Positions 16,706 to 25,991 are shown, numbered from the stretch's first letter. The stretch is 64,000 nucleotides of DNA from Microgenomates group bacterium (GCA_049303575.1 JBAQNH010000002.1:11264-75263); one strand, 5' to 3'. The notes: a model not told the origin generated them from the letters alone. Program-made: numbers and translations.

Positions 16706-19042
16706 ATGAAAAAAATAGCCGCCCTTCTCTCACTTATCTTCTTCCTCTTCGTTACTAAGTCGTCCGCAGATGCCGCCATTGGATACTGTAATTTTTCTCC
16801 GGAAGGCGCTAATGGCCAGCCCTACGGTGATGTTACTATCAATTCAAACTGTGTTATCTACGAATCTGTCAACGGAACTTCGCTTGGTAATTTAACACTC
16901 CAAAACTCCATAATTACTCTACACTCAACTTTAGTTTTTTCTCCAGGAAAGCAGATTAGTATTGGTCAAAACTCCATCATCTACGTAAACACCGGCGGCA
17001 AAATCACCCAAAGTGGACTCTGTATCAAAGATGCCGATGGAGATGGCTACGCCGATGTTATCACCCTCAATGAAGATCCGGAATCAGGAGTTACTCTCAC
17101 TAATCCGATTACCCAAATCGGCAAAGTTGAAGCAAACGCAAATGGCAGTTGTCCTTCAGGTTATGTTCCAAGTGACATCAATGTCCAAAATCTCACCATG
17201 GTTGATGCCGATCCTCTTACACCCAGCGCTACCACCATTGCTACCGCTGACCGTGAGCTTCTTCGTCTCGGCTTTATGATAAATGGTGTCAAGGATGTTT
17301 TTGCTGGCACCGGAGATATCCAGGTTGTCAACAAAAACCTTCTTGTCTGTAATGGACTTAGCTGTCCAGCAGATAACTTTGCCAGCCTTACCCCAGCAAC
17401 TGGCAATGTCTACGTCGGCGGTAAAGTCGGTATTGGAACGACAAACCCTACAAGTGCGCTTAGTATCGCCGGCAATATTTATTCTGATGCTTATATCAGC
17501 AAAATTGTCCAGGAACGCGCTGGCTATTACACCACTTATTCTGAGTTGGTCACTAGTCCTGTAGGGCAAGGTGCCTCATGGTCCGTTAACTCCACTTACG
17601 ATCCAGGTGTAGGCAGTGGTGTGACAAACTCCACTTTTAAAGTTAATGCTGGTACTTACAATACTGGCGCCGGAATGATTCGCTTCGATGGTAATAGTAA
17701 GTACTGGGGCGCTTGGATGTCGGGAGCCTCTGGTGGGCAAGGTACTGCTGTAACCTTCACACAACTTGCAAATCTTAGTACCAATGGAAGTTGGTTAAGC
17801 TCGCGAGGAAGCAATTTAGATTTTTACCTTACTAGTGCTGGCAATGTTGGAATTGGTACCACTGCCCCAGGAGAAAAACTAGAGGTCGAAGGATTTATCA
17901 AGATACCAAATGCTACCAACTCTGATAACAATTCGCCCGGAATCGTCTATAACAGTGATGATGATTTTTATGACAGTACCCGGGCAGTTTATCTCAATTC
18001 ATACGGATATGGCTTTAAGGTAAATACCCAAAGCGGTAGTGTAGGCCCTTACATTTCTGGTTGGGGTGGTATAGATTTTTATGCTGGCAACGCGCAAAAA
18101 ATGATTTTAACCCAAACTGGTGAGGTTGGAATTGGAACCACTGCCCCGGGTGAAATACTAGAGGTCAACGGTAATATCAGAACCACACCGAATAGGTCTC
18201 TACCAAATTTTGTTCTTGACTCTATTACCACAGGTGATAACTGGACTGCCCAAGGTGCTTACATTTCAATTGGTGAGGGTGGCGCTTTAGGAAGCGCTGC
18301 CATGCACATGACGTATACCGGAGACGGATATGGTTACACTGGAACAGGTACCGTCACTGCTGGTGTCCCGGCAGGTGGATACTGGCGATATCAATATAAT
18401 GCACAAAATATATATACTCCCGGAGCAGTCACTGTTGGTTCTTTGACTAGTGGCGCAGGAACTTTTTCCAGTACCGTAACAACCACCGGACAAATGTGGA
18501 TAAATAATGCTTCCCCCACAATATACTTTAAAGATACTGATCATCGCGGAGCAATGCTTCACAACAATAGTAACCTCTTTTATGTTTTAAGAGGCTGTGA
18601 AGCCACACAATCTACTACGTGGTGTACTGTTGGTGGCGTCTGGCCATTCGTTATTAACCTGGAAACCAACGCCATTACTACCGGAGGATCGATAACTGCC
18701 ACATCTGATATTCGGTTAAAAACCAATATCAAACCTCTTCCGGAAAATACACTGGACAAAGTCAAGCAGCTTAGAGGTGTGTATTTTAACTGGAAAACCG
18801 AGGCTGATATGGGAAACGCCCGCCAAATTGGTGTCATTGCTCAGGAAGTGGAAAAGATCTTCCCAGAACTTGTTATAACAAGTCCCGATGGATATAAGGC
18901 TGTCGGTTATGATCGCCTTGGACCTATTCTCATCGAAGCCATCAAAGAACAGCAAGTCGAAATTGACTCTCTTAAGTCACAGATAACTGACTTAAAAAAT
19001 GAAGTCGATCAAATTAAACAACTTCTAAAAATGCCAAGATGA
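16706..19042 (+). CDS. Secreted tail-fibre/tail-spike-like surface protein with C-terminal intramolecular chaperone (peptidase S74-like) autoprocessing domain
   Basis: 778 aa; signal peptide MKKIAALLSLIFFLFVTKSSADA; three repeats of VGIGTT(N/A)P(G)E.LEV.G; C-terminus ...ATSDIRLKTNIKPL...LRGVYFNWK...IGVIAQEVEKIFPELV...GYDRLGPILIEAIKEQQ matches the S-D-x-R-L-K autocleavage motif and chaperone domain of phage endosialidase/tail-fibre proteins. Confidence 0.7.
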   Translation: MKKIAALLSLIFFLFVTKSSADAAIGYCNFSPEGANGQPYGDVTINSNCVIYESVNGTSLGNLTLQNSIITLHSTLVFSPGKQISIGQNSIIYVNTGGKITQSGLCIKDADGDGYADVITLNEDPESGVTLTNPITQIGKVEANANGSCPSGYVPSDINVQNLTMVDADPLTPSATTIATADRELLRLGFMINGVKDVFAGTGDIQVVNKNLLVCNGLSCPADNFASLTPATGNVYVGGKVGIGTTNPTSALSIAGNIYSDAYISKIVQERAGYYTTYSELVTSPVGQGASWSVNSTYDPGVGSGVTNSTFKVNAGTYNTGAGMIRFDGNSKYWGAWMSGASGGQGTAVTFTQLANLSTNGSWLSSRGSNLDFYLTSAGNVGIGTTAPGEKLEVEGFIKIPNATNSDNNSPGIVYNSDDDFYDSTRAVYLNSYGYGFKVNTQSGSVGPYISGWGGIDFYAGNAQKMILTQTGEVGIGTTAPGEILEVNGNIRTTPNRSLPNFVLDSITTGDNWTAQGAYISIGEGGALGSAAMHMTYTGDGYGYTGTGTVTAGVPAGGYWRYQYNAQNIYTPGAVTVGSLTSGAGTFSSTVTTTGQMWINNASPTIYFKDTDHRGAMLHNNSNLFYVLRGCEATQSTTWCTVGGVWPFVINLETNAITTGGSITATSDIRLKTNIKPLPENTLDKVKQLRGVYFNWKTEADMGNARQIGVIAQEVEKIFPELVITSPDGYKAVGYDRLGPILIEAIKEQQVEIDSLKSQITDLKNEVDQIKQLLKMPR

Positions 19043-19998
19043 TCGCTGTGCTCAAGAAGCTACACCCACCTACATATATCATCATTCTCTTGTTGAGTTT
19101 CTTCCTCTTGTTCTCTGCCAAAGATATTGTCTTTGCAGACACTGTCAGTTATCTTCCCATCACCATCTGGGGCACAACTCTTTACACCCTTCCTTTTTCA
19201 GCTTGCACAGGAGGTACCGGAGGTACCGTCAGCACTATCCCCTGGACAGGTACTTGTTGCGCAGAGGGTACTGGTGGAACAATTACCACCGTTGGTGGAT
19301 ACACAATTCACTCATTTTATAGCAGTGGTACTTTATCCATAACCACACCTAAAACAGCTCAAGTTCTCGTTATTGCTGGAGGTGGAGGAGGAGGCGCGGG
19401 TGGCATCGGTGGAGGAGGAGGCGCGGGTGGATATTTAACAAATGCTTCATACTCCCTCACCACACAAAGCTACACCGTTACCGTCGGAGGAGGAGGCGGT
19501 GCAGATCTAAACGGAGGCAACTCAGTATTTGGTACCATAACAGCTATAGGTGGTGGGGCTGGTGGTGCAAATAATGAAAGCGGAACAAGTGGAGGTTCTG
19601 GTGGGGGTTCCGGGAGAGGTACCAATTTCCAAATGTACGGAGGAAGTGGAACCGCTGGTCAAGGCTATGGTGGCGGTAATAGCGCGTATGCCGCAGGCGG
19701 AGGAGGTGGCGGCGCGGGTGGTGGTGGAACCGATGGTACCGGAGCAAACGGAAATTGGGGAGGAAATAGTGGAGTAGGTGTTGCCAATTCCATCAGCGGT
19801 GCATCCGTCTTTTATGCTGGTGGCGGTGCGGGTGCTGGTTCATTTACGGGAGGTTGTGGTGCTGTTTTATCAGGAGGCACTGCTTGTCAAACTAACGCGG
19901 CTGCTAATAAAGGCGCTGGTGGTGGTGGTATGTTCGGAACCGCAGCTGGTTTAGGCGGAAGTGGAGTGGTCATTGTCAAATATCCTGTCTGTCCTTAA
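19039..19998 (+). CDS. Secreted glycine-rich protein (poly-Gly/GGxGG repeats; phage-tail-fibre-associated glycine-rich domain type)
   Basis: 319 aa; start overlaps stop of the upstream gene by 4 nt (ATGA). Signal/TM segment, then >40% Gly with runs such as VLVIAGGGGGGAGGIGGGGGAGGY; the DNA contains near-perfect tandem repeats of ggaggaggaggcgcgggtgg. Confidence 0.6.
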   Translation: MIAVLKKLHPPTYIIILLLSFFLLFSAKDIVFADTVSYLPITIWGTTLYTLPFSACTGGTGGTVSTIPWTGTCCAEGTGGTITTVGGYTIHSFYSSGTLSITTPKTAQVLVIAGGGGGGAGGIGGGGGAGGYLTNASYSLTTQSYTVTVGGGGGADLNGGNSVFGTITAIGGGAGGANNESGTSGGSGGGSGRGTNFQMYGGSGTAGQGYGGGNSAYAAGGGGGGAGGGGTDGTGANGNWGGNSGVGVANSISGASVFYAGGGAGAGSFTGGCGAVLSGGTACQTNAAANKGAGGGGMFGTAAGLGGSGVVIVKYPVCP

Positions 19999-20030
19999 CA
20001 AGCAAGGTTAAATAATAATAAAAAAATAAT

Positions 20031-20852
20031 ATGGAAAATCGCAAAAAATTTGATCTTACCGGTGCCTTCATCGTTATTTTAGTTCTCTCGGTCGTTGCCC
20101 TACTAGTCTTTCTTGGCAACTTCGCCGTCAAAAATAATCTCCTTTCTCTACCCCAAATAAACTTATTTAGTAAAAATACCAAGGCCCTCAATCCAAACGC
20201 CTACTATTTCTCCTCCCCCATCTTCAATCTATATTCTGCCAAAATTACCCAAAAAACAAAAGACTCCCTCTCTGTCGATGTTGTTCCGGTAACTCCACCA
20301 GTAGGTTATGAAAATAATATCTCTAATTTCAAAATCAACGTCACCGATACCACAGAAATCACCAAACCAAAACTCTTTATTCCTTATGTCTTCAAAACAG
20401 TCAGTGACACTTCATCATCACCAGACGACAAACTCAGCTTTAATGATCTCTCCGTCGGGGAATTTATCGATATCATCCTTACTGAGGACCTTCGTACTGC
20501 CAATATCAACAATCTGGTCGCCAAAACCATCTCCCGAATTTCCGACTCCAATCTGCTCACCGGTGAGATCAAAGAAGTTAACCCTGGATCGATTATGGTA
20601 GTCGGTATCGTTCGTCCAATCAGTTTCAATCCCATACCAGCAAACGTTGCCATCATTTCTCCAACAGAGAAAAACTATACTATTAGCATTTCCGACAACA
20701 CGGAGATTGTCACAACTAACCAAACTGGTCCTCAAAGACTGAGTTCTGGAGACCTCAAAACTGGCACCTTTGTCACCGTTTACGCCGACGCTCCAATCAC
20801 AAATGACACCCTCTCTGCCGCCCTTATCTCCCTCTACAGTTTGGGTATATAG
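20031..20852 (+). CDS. Hypothetical secreted protein with N-terminal TM anchor (273 aa)
   Basis: ORF with hydrophobic N-terminal segment (FIVILVLSVVALLVFLGNF) and Ser/Thr/Asn-rich beta-type sequence; last gene of the plus-strand island. Confidence 0.45.
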   Translation: MENRKKFDLTGAFIVILVLSVVALLVFLGNFAVKNNLLSLPQINLFSKNTKALNPNAYYFSSPIFNLYSAKITQKTKDSLSVDVVPVTPPVGYENNISNFKINVTDTTEITKPKLFIPYVFKTVSDTSSSPDDKLSFNDLSVGEFIDIILTEDLRTANINNLVAKTISRISDSNLLTGEIKEVNPGSIMVVGIVRPISFNPIPANVAIISPTEKNYTISISDNTEIVTTNQTGPQRLSSGDLKTGTFVTVYADAPITNDTLSAALISLYSLGI

Positions 20853-20865
20853 ATACCGATCACTT

Positions 20866-20895
20866 AAAGGAGCGCTTTCGCGCCCCTTTAGTTTC
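20866..20895 (+). terminator. Rho-independent terminator-like hairpin + T-run after the plus-strand island
   Basis: aaaGGAGCGCtttcGCGCCCCtttagtttcat; GC stem followed by T-rich tract. Confidence 0.4.
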
Positions 20896-20917
20896 ATATC
20901 TTAATAGCTAGCGTTTA

Positions 20918-21649
20918 CTACTGTGCCATCACTACGAATATCTTGTCATGCATCTCCCAAAACTTACCTTGTTCTCCGGCACACAAAGCGGCTTCAGCAG
21001 CTTTCTGAGCGTTAGGGTGGAAAGACAATGGGAAACTTCGGTACTCCAGACTGATATTTTCTCCATACTTGGTCAAAAGAGCTTCGATGGTAGGAAAGGC
21101 ACGATTACAGTAAGGACACTCAAAGTCGGTGTACTCCATGATTTTAATCTTGGCATTTTTACCGCCTTTTACATAACCGGTTCCGTATGTAATCTTTTCT
21201 CTCTTTAGCACCTCACCGGAAGATATCTTGGCTTTGTCTCCGGTACCATTCTTCAACTCGGCATCAATCACCGTCTCAAAATCAGACTGCGGCAACGAAC
21301 CAACTATTAATATTCCATTGATAAAAAATGATGGTGTTCCACTAACCCCTCTATTCTGACCCTCCGTGGACTCTTCTTTTACTTTGTTTGCAAAAGTACC
21401 ATCATCCAAACACTTATTAAAGTCCCCCGTATTCACACCCAGTCCCTTCGCTATTGTCTTCAGAGCCGATACCGAGATCTTCGACTCGGCTGTCGGAGCC
21501 GCCACGCTTGGGTTTGTATTTTCGGCCGCACCACTTCCTCCCCCTTTATATTGATCAACTTGTGCAGACAGTCTACCTACAAAGAAAGTCGCCACTAACA
21601 ACAAAAGCACCAAAAAAGGTGCGTATAGAGATTTTGTATTTTTAAACAT
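20918..21649 (-). CDS. Secreted DsbA-like thiol:disulfide oxidoreductase (thioredoxin fold, CPYC), apparently circularly permuted
   Basis: 243 aa; signal peptide and Gly/Ala linker. Residues ~65-140 (LGVNTGDFNKCLDDGTFANKVKEE...GVSGTPSFFINGILIVGSLP) look like the C-terminal half of a DsbA domain. Residues ~150-243 (KIKIMEYTDFECPYCNRAFP...FWEMHDKIFVVMAQ-stop) look like the N-terminal CxxC half. Confidence 0.55.
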   Translation of the reverse strand: MFKNTKSLYAPFLVLLLLVATFFVGRLSAQVDQYKGGGSGAAENTNPSVAAPTAESKISVSALKTIAKGLGVNTGDFNKCLDDGTFANKVKEESTEGQNRGVSGTPSFFINGILIVGSLPQSDFETVIDAELKNGTGDKAKISSGEVLKREKITYGTGYVKGGKNAKIKIMEYTDFECPYCNRAFPTIEALLTKYGENISLEYRSFPLSFHPNAQKAAEAALCAGEQGKFWEMHDKIFVVMAQ

Positions 21650-21711
21650 AAATCATGTTATCACAAACCCCGCCCTTCAAATCACTATATATATTAAGCC
21701 TACAGTCAGGA

Positions 21712-22101
21712 TTAATACTTCTTCCAGATTCTCTGTAATTTCATATCAAAACTTGCCAATTTTTCAGAACCGCTATTTTTTGCATATACCAGGTTGTAAG
21801 CATCCTCAAGATCATAATTAGTTTTCTTCATCAAGAAAACGGCATCCATCAATATTTTCTGGCTTTCCCATTTAATAAAACTCATAGCCAATACATCTCG
21901 CAATACCCGAGTCAAACCTTCTTTCTCTTTTCCATAAAAACTTTTCATTAACCAATAAATCTCAAAAAGTACTACCGTCGAACTTATCAGATCCTCCAGA
22001 CCTTCCGCTCCTCTTAAAAACAATTTTTTTATTTCTTCGACCTGAGCCTCATTATCATTTTCAATGATTCTCACAAAATAATTGGTGTCGACAAACTTCA
22101 T
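21712..22101 (-). CDS. vapC: PIN-domain toxin (VapC family)
   Basis: 129 aa; MKFVDTNYF (first Asp), ..FEIYW.. (Glu), ..DLEDAYNLVYA.., ..SFD.. conserved acidic positions; start overlaps antitoxin stop by 4 nt. Confidence 0.6.
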   Translation of the reverse strand: MKFVDTNYFVRIIENDNEAQVEEIKKLFLRGAEGLEDLISSTVVLFEIYWLMKSFYGKEKEGLTRVLRDVLAMSFIKWESQKILMDAVFLMKKTNYDLEDAYNLVYAKNSGSEKLASFDMKLQRIWKKY

Positions 22102-22352
22102 CTCTTTTTCTTACTAAAATACTCCATTTTTGCCTTCTCGATCATTTCATCAACATCCATATCCTTGTATCTCTCGGGTCTTTTCACACTTCCCATTAGT
22201 CTATACATTGCTGATAGTGCTGATTTCATTATCAGTTCATCGCCTCGCTTGGTAATCGTTAGTTTCTGTCCTTTCTTCAACCCAAGATCGGAAAACAATG
22301 AAGCGGGTAGGGTTATTTGTCTTTTGCTGGTAATCGTCGCCGTATATGTCAT
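22098..22352 (-). CDS. AbrB/MazE (SpoVT-AbrB fold) antitoxin, partner of the PIN toxin
   Basis: 84 aa; TSKRQITLPASLFSDLGLKKGQKLTI swapped-hairpin motif. Confidence 0.55.
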   Translation of the reverse strand: MTYTATITSKRQITLPASLFSDLGLKKGQKLTITKRGDELIMKSALSAMYRLMGSVKRPERYKDMDVDEMIEKAKMEYFSKKKR

Positions 22353-22457
22353 AGTAAGATTAATATACGATAGTAAGGCAATCTTGTCAACTCCTTACTT
22401 TAATCTGCGAGGACAATCCTCACCAATTGAACCTCACTGAGACATTACCATCGTCCC

Positions 22458-24776
22458 TCAAGCTGTGCACACAAAGTTTATCGTCTTTCCCTTCACATAA
22501 ATTACCTTGATCACTTTTCCCTCGGCTAAATATTTCTGTACTTTTTCCTGCTCCTCAGCTGCTTTCCTTACTTCTTCCTCACTTGCCTCGGGAGACACTT
22601 CTACTGTCCCTCTCAGTTTCCCATTTATCTGTACTGAAAGAGTGACTGTTTCACTCACCAAATACTTTTCCTCAAACTTCGGCCACTCCGAAACATGCAC
22701 ACTAAACTCCTCACCCAAACTACTCCACATTTCTTCGGTCGCAAAAGGAGCAAATGGTGCCAAAACCTTGATCATCATTGCCAGCTCTGCTTTAGCAATC
22801 TCCGTCTTGTTTTTTGTCAAGTCATTAACTGCCTCCATCATCTTGGCTATTGCCGTGTTGTATTTAAACTCGGCAATATCCTCACCCACTCCTTTAACTA
22901 AGCGGTGTATTGTCCTCATCCCCTCGATACTGGTTACCGCGTACTCACCTATATTTTCTTCAACCAGTCCCTGGAATCTCTCCAAGAATCGTTTTACACC
23001 CACAAGTGATCTCTCATTCCAAGCCATTGTCGCGTCAAACGGTCCCATAAACATCATGTAGGTTCGCAGCACATCAGTTCCGTAAACATCGGCCACGTTG
23101 TCGGGAATGATTACGTTACCTACACTTTTGCTCATGCGGTTGCCATCAGCACCCAAAATCACTCCGTGTGACATTCTTTTTATATACGGCTCTGGATACT
23201 CTTCGGGCACAGCACCTAAGTCCCAAAGAAACTGGTAAATAAATCTTGAATAAAGTAAGTGCAAAGTATTATGTTCGTCCCCACCCATATAAACATCCAC
23301 CGGCAACCAGTACTTCATCTTTTCCATATCCGCTAGCACTTCCTCATTTTTCGGATCGCAGTATCGTAAGAAATACCAATCGCTTCCAGCCCAGTTCGGC
23401 ATCGTATCGGTTTCTCTTTTGGCGGATCCTCCGCACTTAGGACACTCTATCTCTACCCACTCGGTGATGCCGGCCAAAGGTGACTCTCCTGTATCTGTCG
23501 GCTGGTATTTTTCCACTTCGGGCAATCTCACCGGCAGTTGCTCCTCGGGTACCGCCACCCATCCATCATTCTCGCAGTAGATCATCGGAATTGGTTCACC
23601 CCAGTAATGTTGACGACTAAAGATCCAGTCTCTTAAGTGATAATTTACGGACTCCTCGCCTACTCCTTTTTCCACAATTAAATCAATCATCTTCATGTCC
23701 GGTACATAATCATGGTTAATCGGCAATGAGTATTTATTAGCAAATGCCTCATCTCGTTCATCATGGCTAGGTACGGCCATAATTGCTCCCGTCCCATATG
23801 ACACCAATACATAATCGGCAATCCACACGGGAACTTCTTTCCCCGTTACCGGATTAATCGCGTAAAGTCCGGAAAACACTCCCGTCTTTTCTTTAGCCAG
23901 TTCGGTTCTCTCCATTTCACTTTTTTTCTTCGCCTCGTTCACGTATTTTTTGACTTCTTCATTCACGAGCAACCCTCCCACCAGTCTGTGCTCCGGTGCC
24001 ATCACCATAAAAGTGACTCCCTCAAGAGTATCGGGTCTGGTTGTAAACACTTCTAGTTTTTCCTCGCTGTCTTTGATATCAAAGCGGATTTTTGCCCCCA
24101 CTTTTTTGTCTATCCAGTTGATCTGAGCTGCCTTCACTTTATCAATGAAGTTAGTCTCTTTTAATCCCTCCAGTAATCTCTCTGCGTATGCGGTAATCTT
24201 CACCACCCACTGTGAAATTGTTCTTCTCTCGGTCTCCGTTCCACATCTCTCACATTTTCCGTCTATTACTTCTTCGTTGGCCAAACCAATTTTATCTTTC
24301 GGGCACCAATTGATAGCCATCTCTTCTTTGTGTGCTAATCCTTTTTCAAAAAGTTTCGTAAAAATCCATTGTGTCCATTTGTAATACTCAGGGTCGGTCG
24401 TGTCCACCTCCCGATCCCAATCAAAAGAAAATCCCAACCTCTTCATCTGTTCTTTGTACTTCTCGGTATTTTCTTTCGTTATGCTTTGGGGTTTTACTCC
24501 CATCTTTATCGCGTAGTTTTCTGTTGGCAAACCAAACGCGTCCCAGCCCATGGGGAACATTACGTTAAATCCGTTCATTCTCATATATCGGGCATAAATG
24601 TCCGACCCGGTCATCGAAAATGCGTGTCCAACATGTAGTCCAGACCCGGAAGGATAGGGAAACTCCTGTAGTACATATTTCTTTGGTTTACTCTCAAAAT
24701 CCTGCGCTTTAAATCCGGCAAAATCCGCAAACTTATTTCCCCACTTTTTTTCTACTTCTTTAAAATCATAAGCCAT
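22458..24776 (-). CDS. leuS: Leucyl-tRNA synthetase (class Ia), compact form
   Basis: 772 aa; HVGHAFSMTGSDIYARYMRMNGFNVMFPMGWDAFGLP (HIGH region), RMSKSVGN (KMSKS), editing CP1 and anticodon-binding regions in order. Confidence 0.9.
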   Translation of the reverse strand: MAYDFKEVEKKWGNKFADFAGFKAQDFESKPKKYVLQEFPYPSGSGLHVGHAFSMTGSDIYARYMRMNGFNVMFPMGWDAFGLPTENYAIKMGVKPQSITKENTEKYKEQMKRLGFSFDWDREVDTTDPEYYKWTQWIFTKLFEKGLAHKEEMAINWCPKDKIGLANEEVIDGKCERCGTETERRTISQWVVKITAYAERLLEGLKETNFIDKVKAAQINWIDKKVGAKIRFDIKDSEEKLEVFTTRPDTLEGVTFMVMAPEHRLVGGLLVNEEVKKYVNEAKKKSEMERTELAKEKTGVFSGLYAINPVTGKEVPVWIADYVLVSYGTGAIMAVPSHDERDEAFANKYSLPINHDYVPDMKMIDLIVEKGVGEESVNYHLRDWIFSRQHYWGEPIPMIYCENDGWVAVPEEQLPVRLPEVEKYQPTDTGESPLAGITEWVEIECPKCGGSAKRETDTMPNWAGSDWYFLRYCDPKNEEVLADMEKMKYWLPVDVYMGGDEHNTLHLLYSRFIYQFLWDLGAVPEEYPEPYIKRMSHGVILGADGNRMSKSVGNVIIPDNVADVYGTDVLRTYMMFMGPFDATMAWNERSLVGVKRFLERFQGLVEENIGEYAVTSIEGMRTIHRLVKGVGEDIAEFKYNTAIAKMMEAVNDLTKNKTEIAKAELAMMIKVLAPFAPFATEEMWSSLGEEFSVHVSEWPKFEEKYLVSETVTLSVQINGKLRGTVEVSPEASEEEVRKAAEEQEKVQKYLAEGKVIKVIYVKGKTINFVCTA

Positions 24777-24827
24777 ACCAGAATTATATCAATCAAATCC
24801 TCTTCTAATCGTCCACTCTTTTGAAAA

Positions 24828-25874
24828 CTAATCAAACTCTCCTATCCGAATTATCTCATCTTCCAGCTCAATCCCCACGCTTTCCCTAGCCCTCTTTACA
24901 ATTTCATCTCTTACGGCCAAAAAATCCTTGGCCGTTGCCCCACCTCTGTTTACGATAAAGTTATGATGTTCTTTAGCAATCGCTGCTCCCCCAACCTTGA
25001 ATCCTGACATATTTAAAATATTCTCGACAATGTATCCCACCGAAGTAGTTGGATATCCCAAAATAGTTCTCTCTTCTTCACTAATGTTTTTAAAAACACA
25101 TCCCGCCGAGTTCATTGGCTGTGTCGCTTTAAGTTTCTTCCACTCGTCCGCCGTTCTTCGCGCTCTTTCTACGTCTCCCGCCTTTAAAACTAAGGTTACC
25201 TCCAAAATTATTTCCCCGGACTCGTGAAATCTGGAAGAATCGTAACCAAGCTTCAAGTTTTTACCCGCAACCGTCTTGATTCCTCCATGATTATCCAAAA
25301 TCACCACTTTTTTGACTATCTCGGCAAAAGTATGTGTTCCTCCATGAACATTGTTGTGCACCGCTCCTCCAATCGTTCCGGGTATCCTGCTGTACCACTG
25401 TAACCCTGTCACTCCTTGATCAAAAAGCTGCACCATCGCCACCTGCAAATTCACTCCACTGTCCAAAACAACCTCTACGTCCGGTTTATTTCTTTCATCA
25501 TAATTAATATCCGTAAAGTCACCCTTCGGTAAGCCTTTTTTGGACCTCATCCACCTTGCGCCTACCACTCCACGCAAAAGTGCGTGTATTTTCCCCTCTT
25601 TATGAATTGTTATCTTTTTACTCCTGTTCTTTATTGTTAGTCCCCTCACTCCTTCATCTCCCACCAGAATATTACTCCCCCCACCAATCACCGTTACCGG
25701 AACCTGAAACGACCGTGCCAAACGGACCGCTTTGACTAAATCTCCCGAAGACTCCGTGATATAAAACAAATCCGCTTTTCCACCAATACCTAAAGTTGTG
25801 TGTGCCGACAAGGGCTCATCCCTCCTCACCCTCTCCGGCTCCAAACATTTGGTTAAGCTTTCTATATTACTCAA
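24828..25874 (-). CDS. murB: UDP-N-acetylenolpyruvoylglucosamine reductase MurB
   Basis: 348 aa; FAD-binding ..LGIGGKADLFYI.., ..VTVIGGGSNILV.., C-terminal MurB substrate domain motifs. Confidence 0.85.
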   Translation of the reverse strand: MSNIESLTKCLEPERVRRDEPLSAHTTLGIGGKADLFYITESSGDLVKAVRLARSFQVPVTVIGGGSNILVGDEGVRGLTIKNRSKKITIHKEGKIHALLRGVVGARWMRSKKGLPKGDFTDINYDERNKPDVEVVLDSGVNLQVAMVQLFDQGVTGLQWYSRIPGTIGGAVHNNVHGGTHTFAEIVKKVVILDNHGGIKTVAGKNLKLGYDSSRFHESGEIILEVTLVLKAGDVERARRTADEWKKLKATQPMNSAGCVFKNISEEERTILGYPTTSVGYIVENILNMSGFKVGGAAIAKEHHNFIVNRGGATAKDFLAVRDEIVKRARESVGIELEDEIIRIGEFD

Positions 25875-25991
25875 ACATTACCAATATACTACATTTCAAG
25901 GCCTCTCTTTATAAGAATATTTGTCTATAGTAAGATTCCGTACTATAATCACGCCAAGCAACTTAAAATTCAGGTTTCCAAAGGAGAAAAA

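Noticed and set aside
19375-19760. GGA/GGT/GGC repeat tracts considered as a CRISPR-like or minisatellite array
   Set aside because: Repeats are in-frame codon repeats inside a glycine-rich CDS with signal peptide; no repeat-spacer periodicity. No CRISPR array was found anywhere in the window.
22507-23061. 184-aa plus-strand ORF antisense to leuS, and similar long antisense ORFs (59139-59678 in ftsH, 53161-53562 in nnrD, 48636-49067 in the CaCA gene, 42940-43353 in argS)
   Set aside because: Each fully overlaps a strongly supported conserved gene on the other strand and translates to low-complexity Ser/Pro/Thr-rich sequence.
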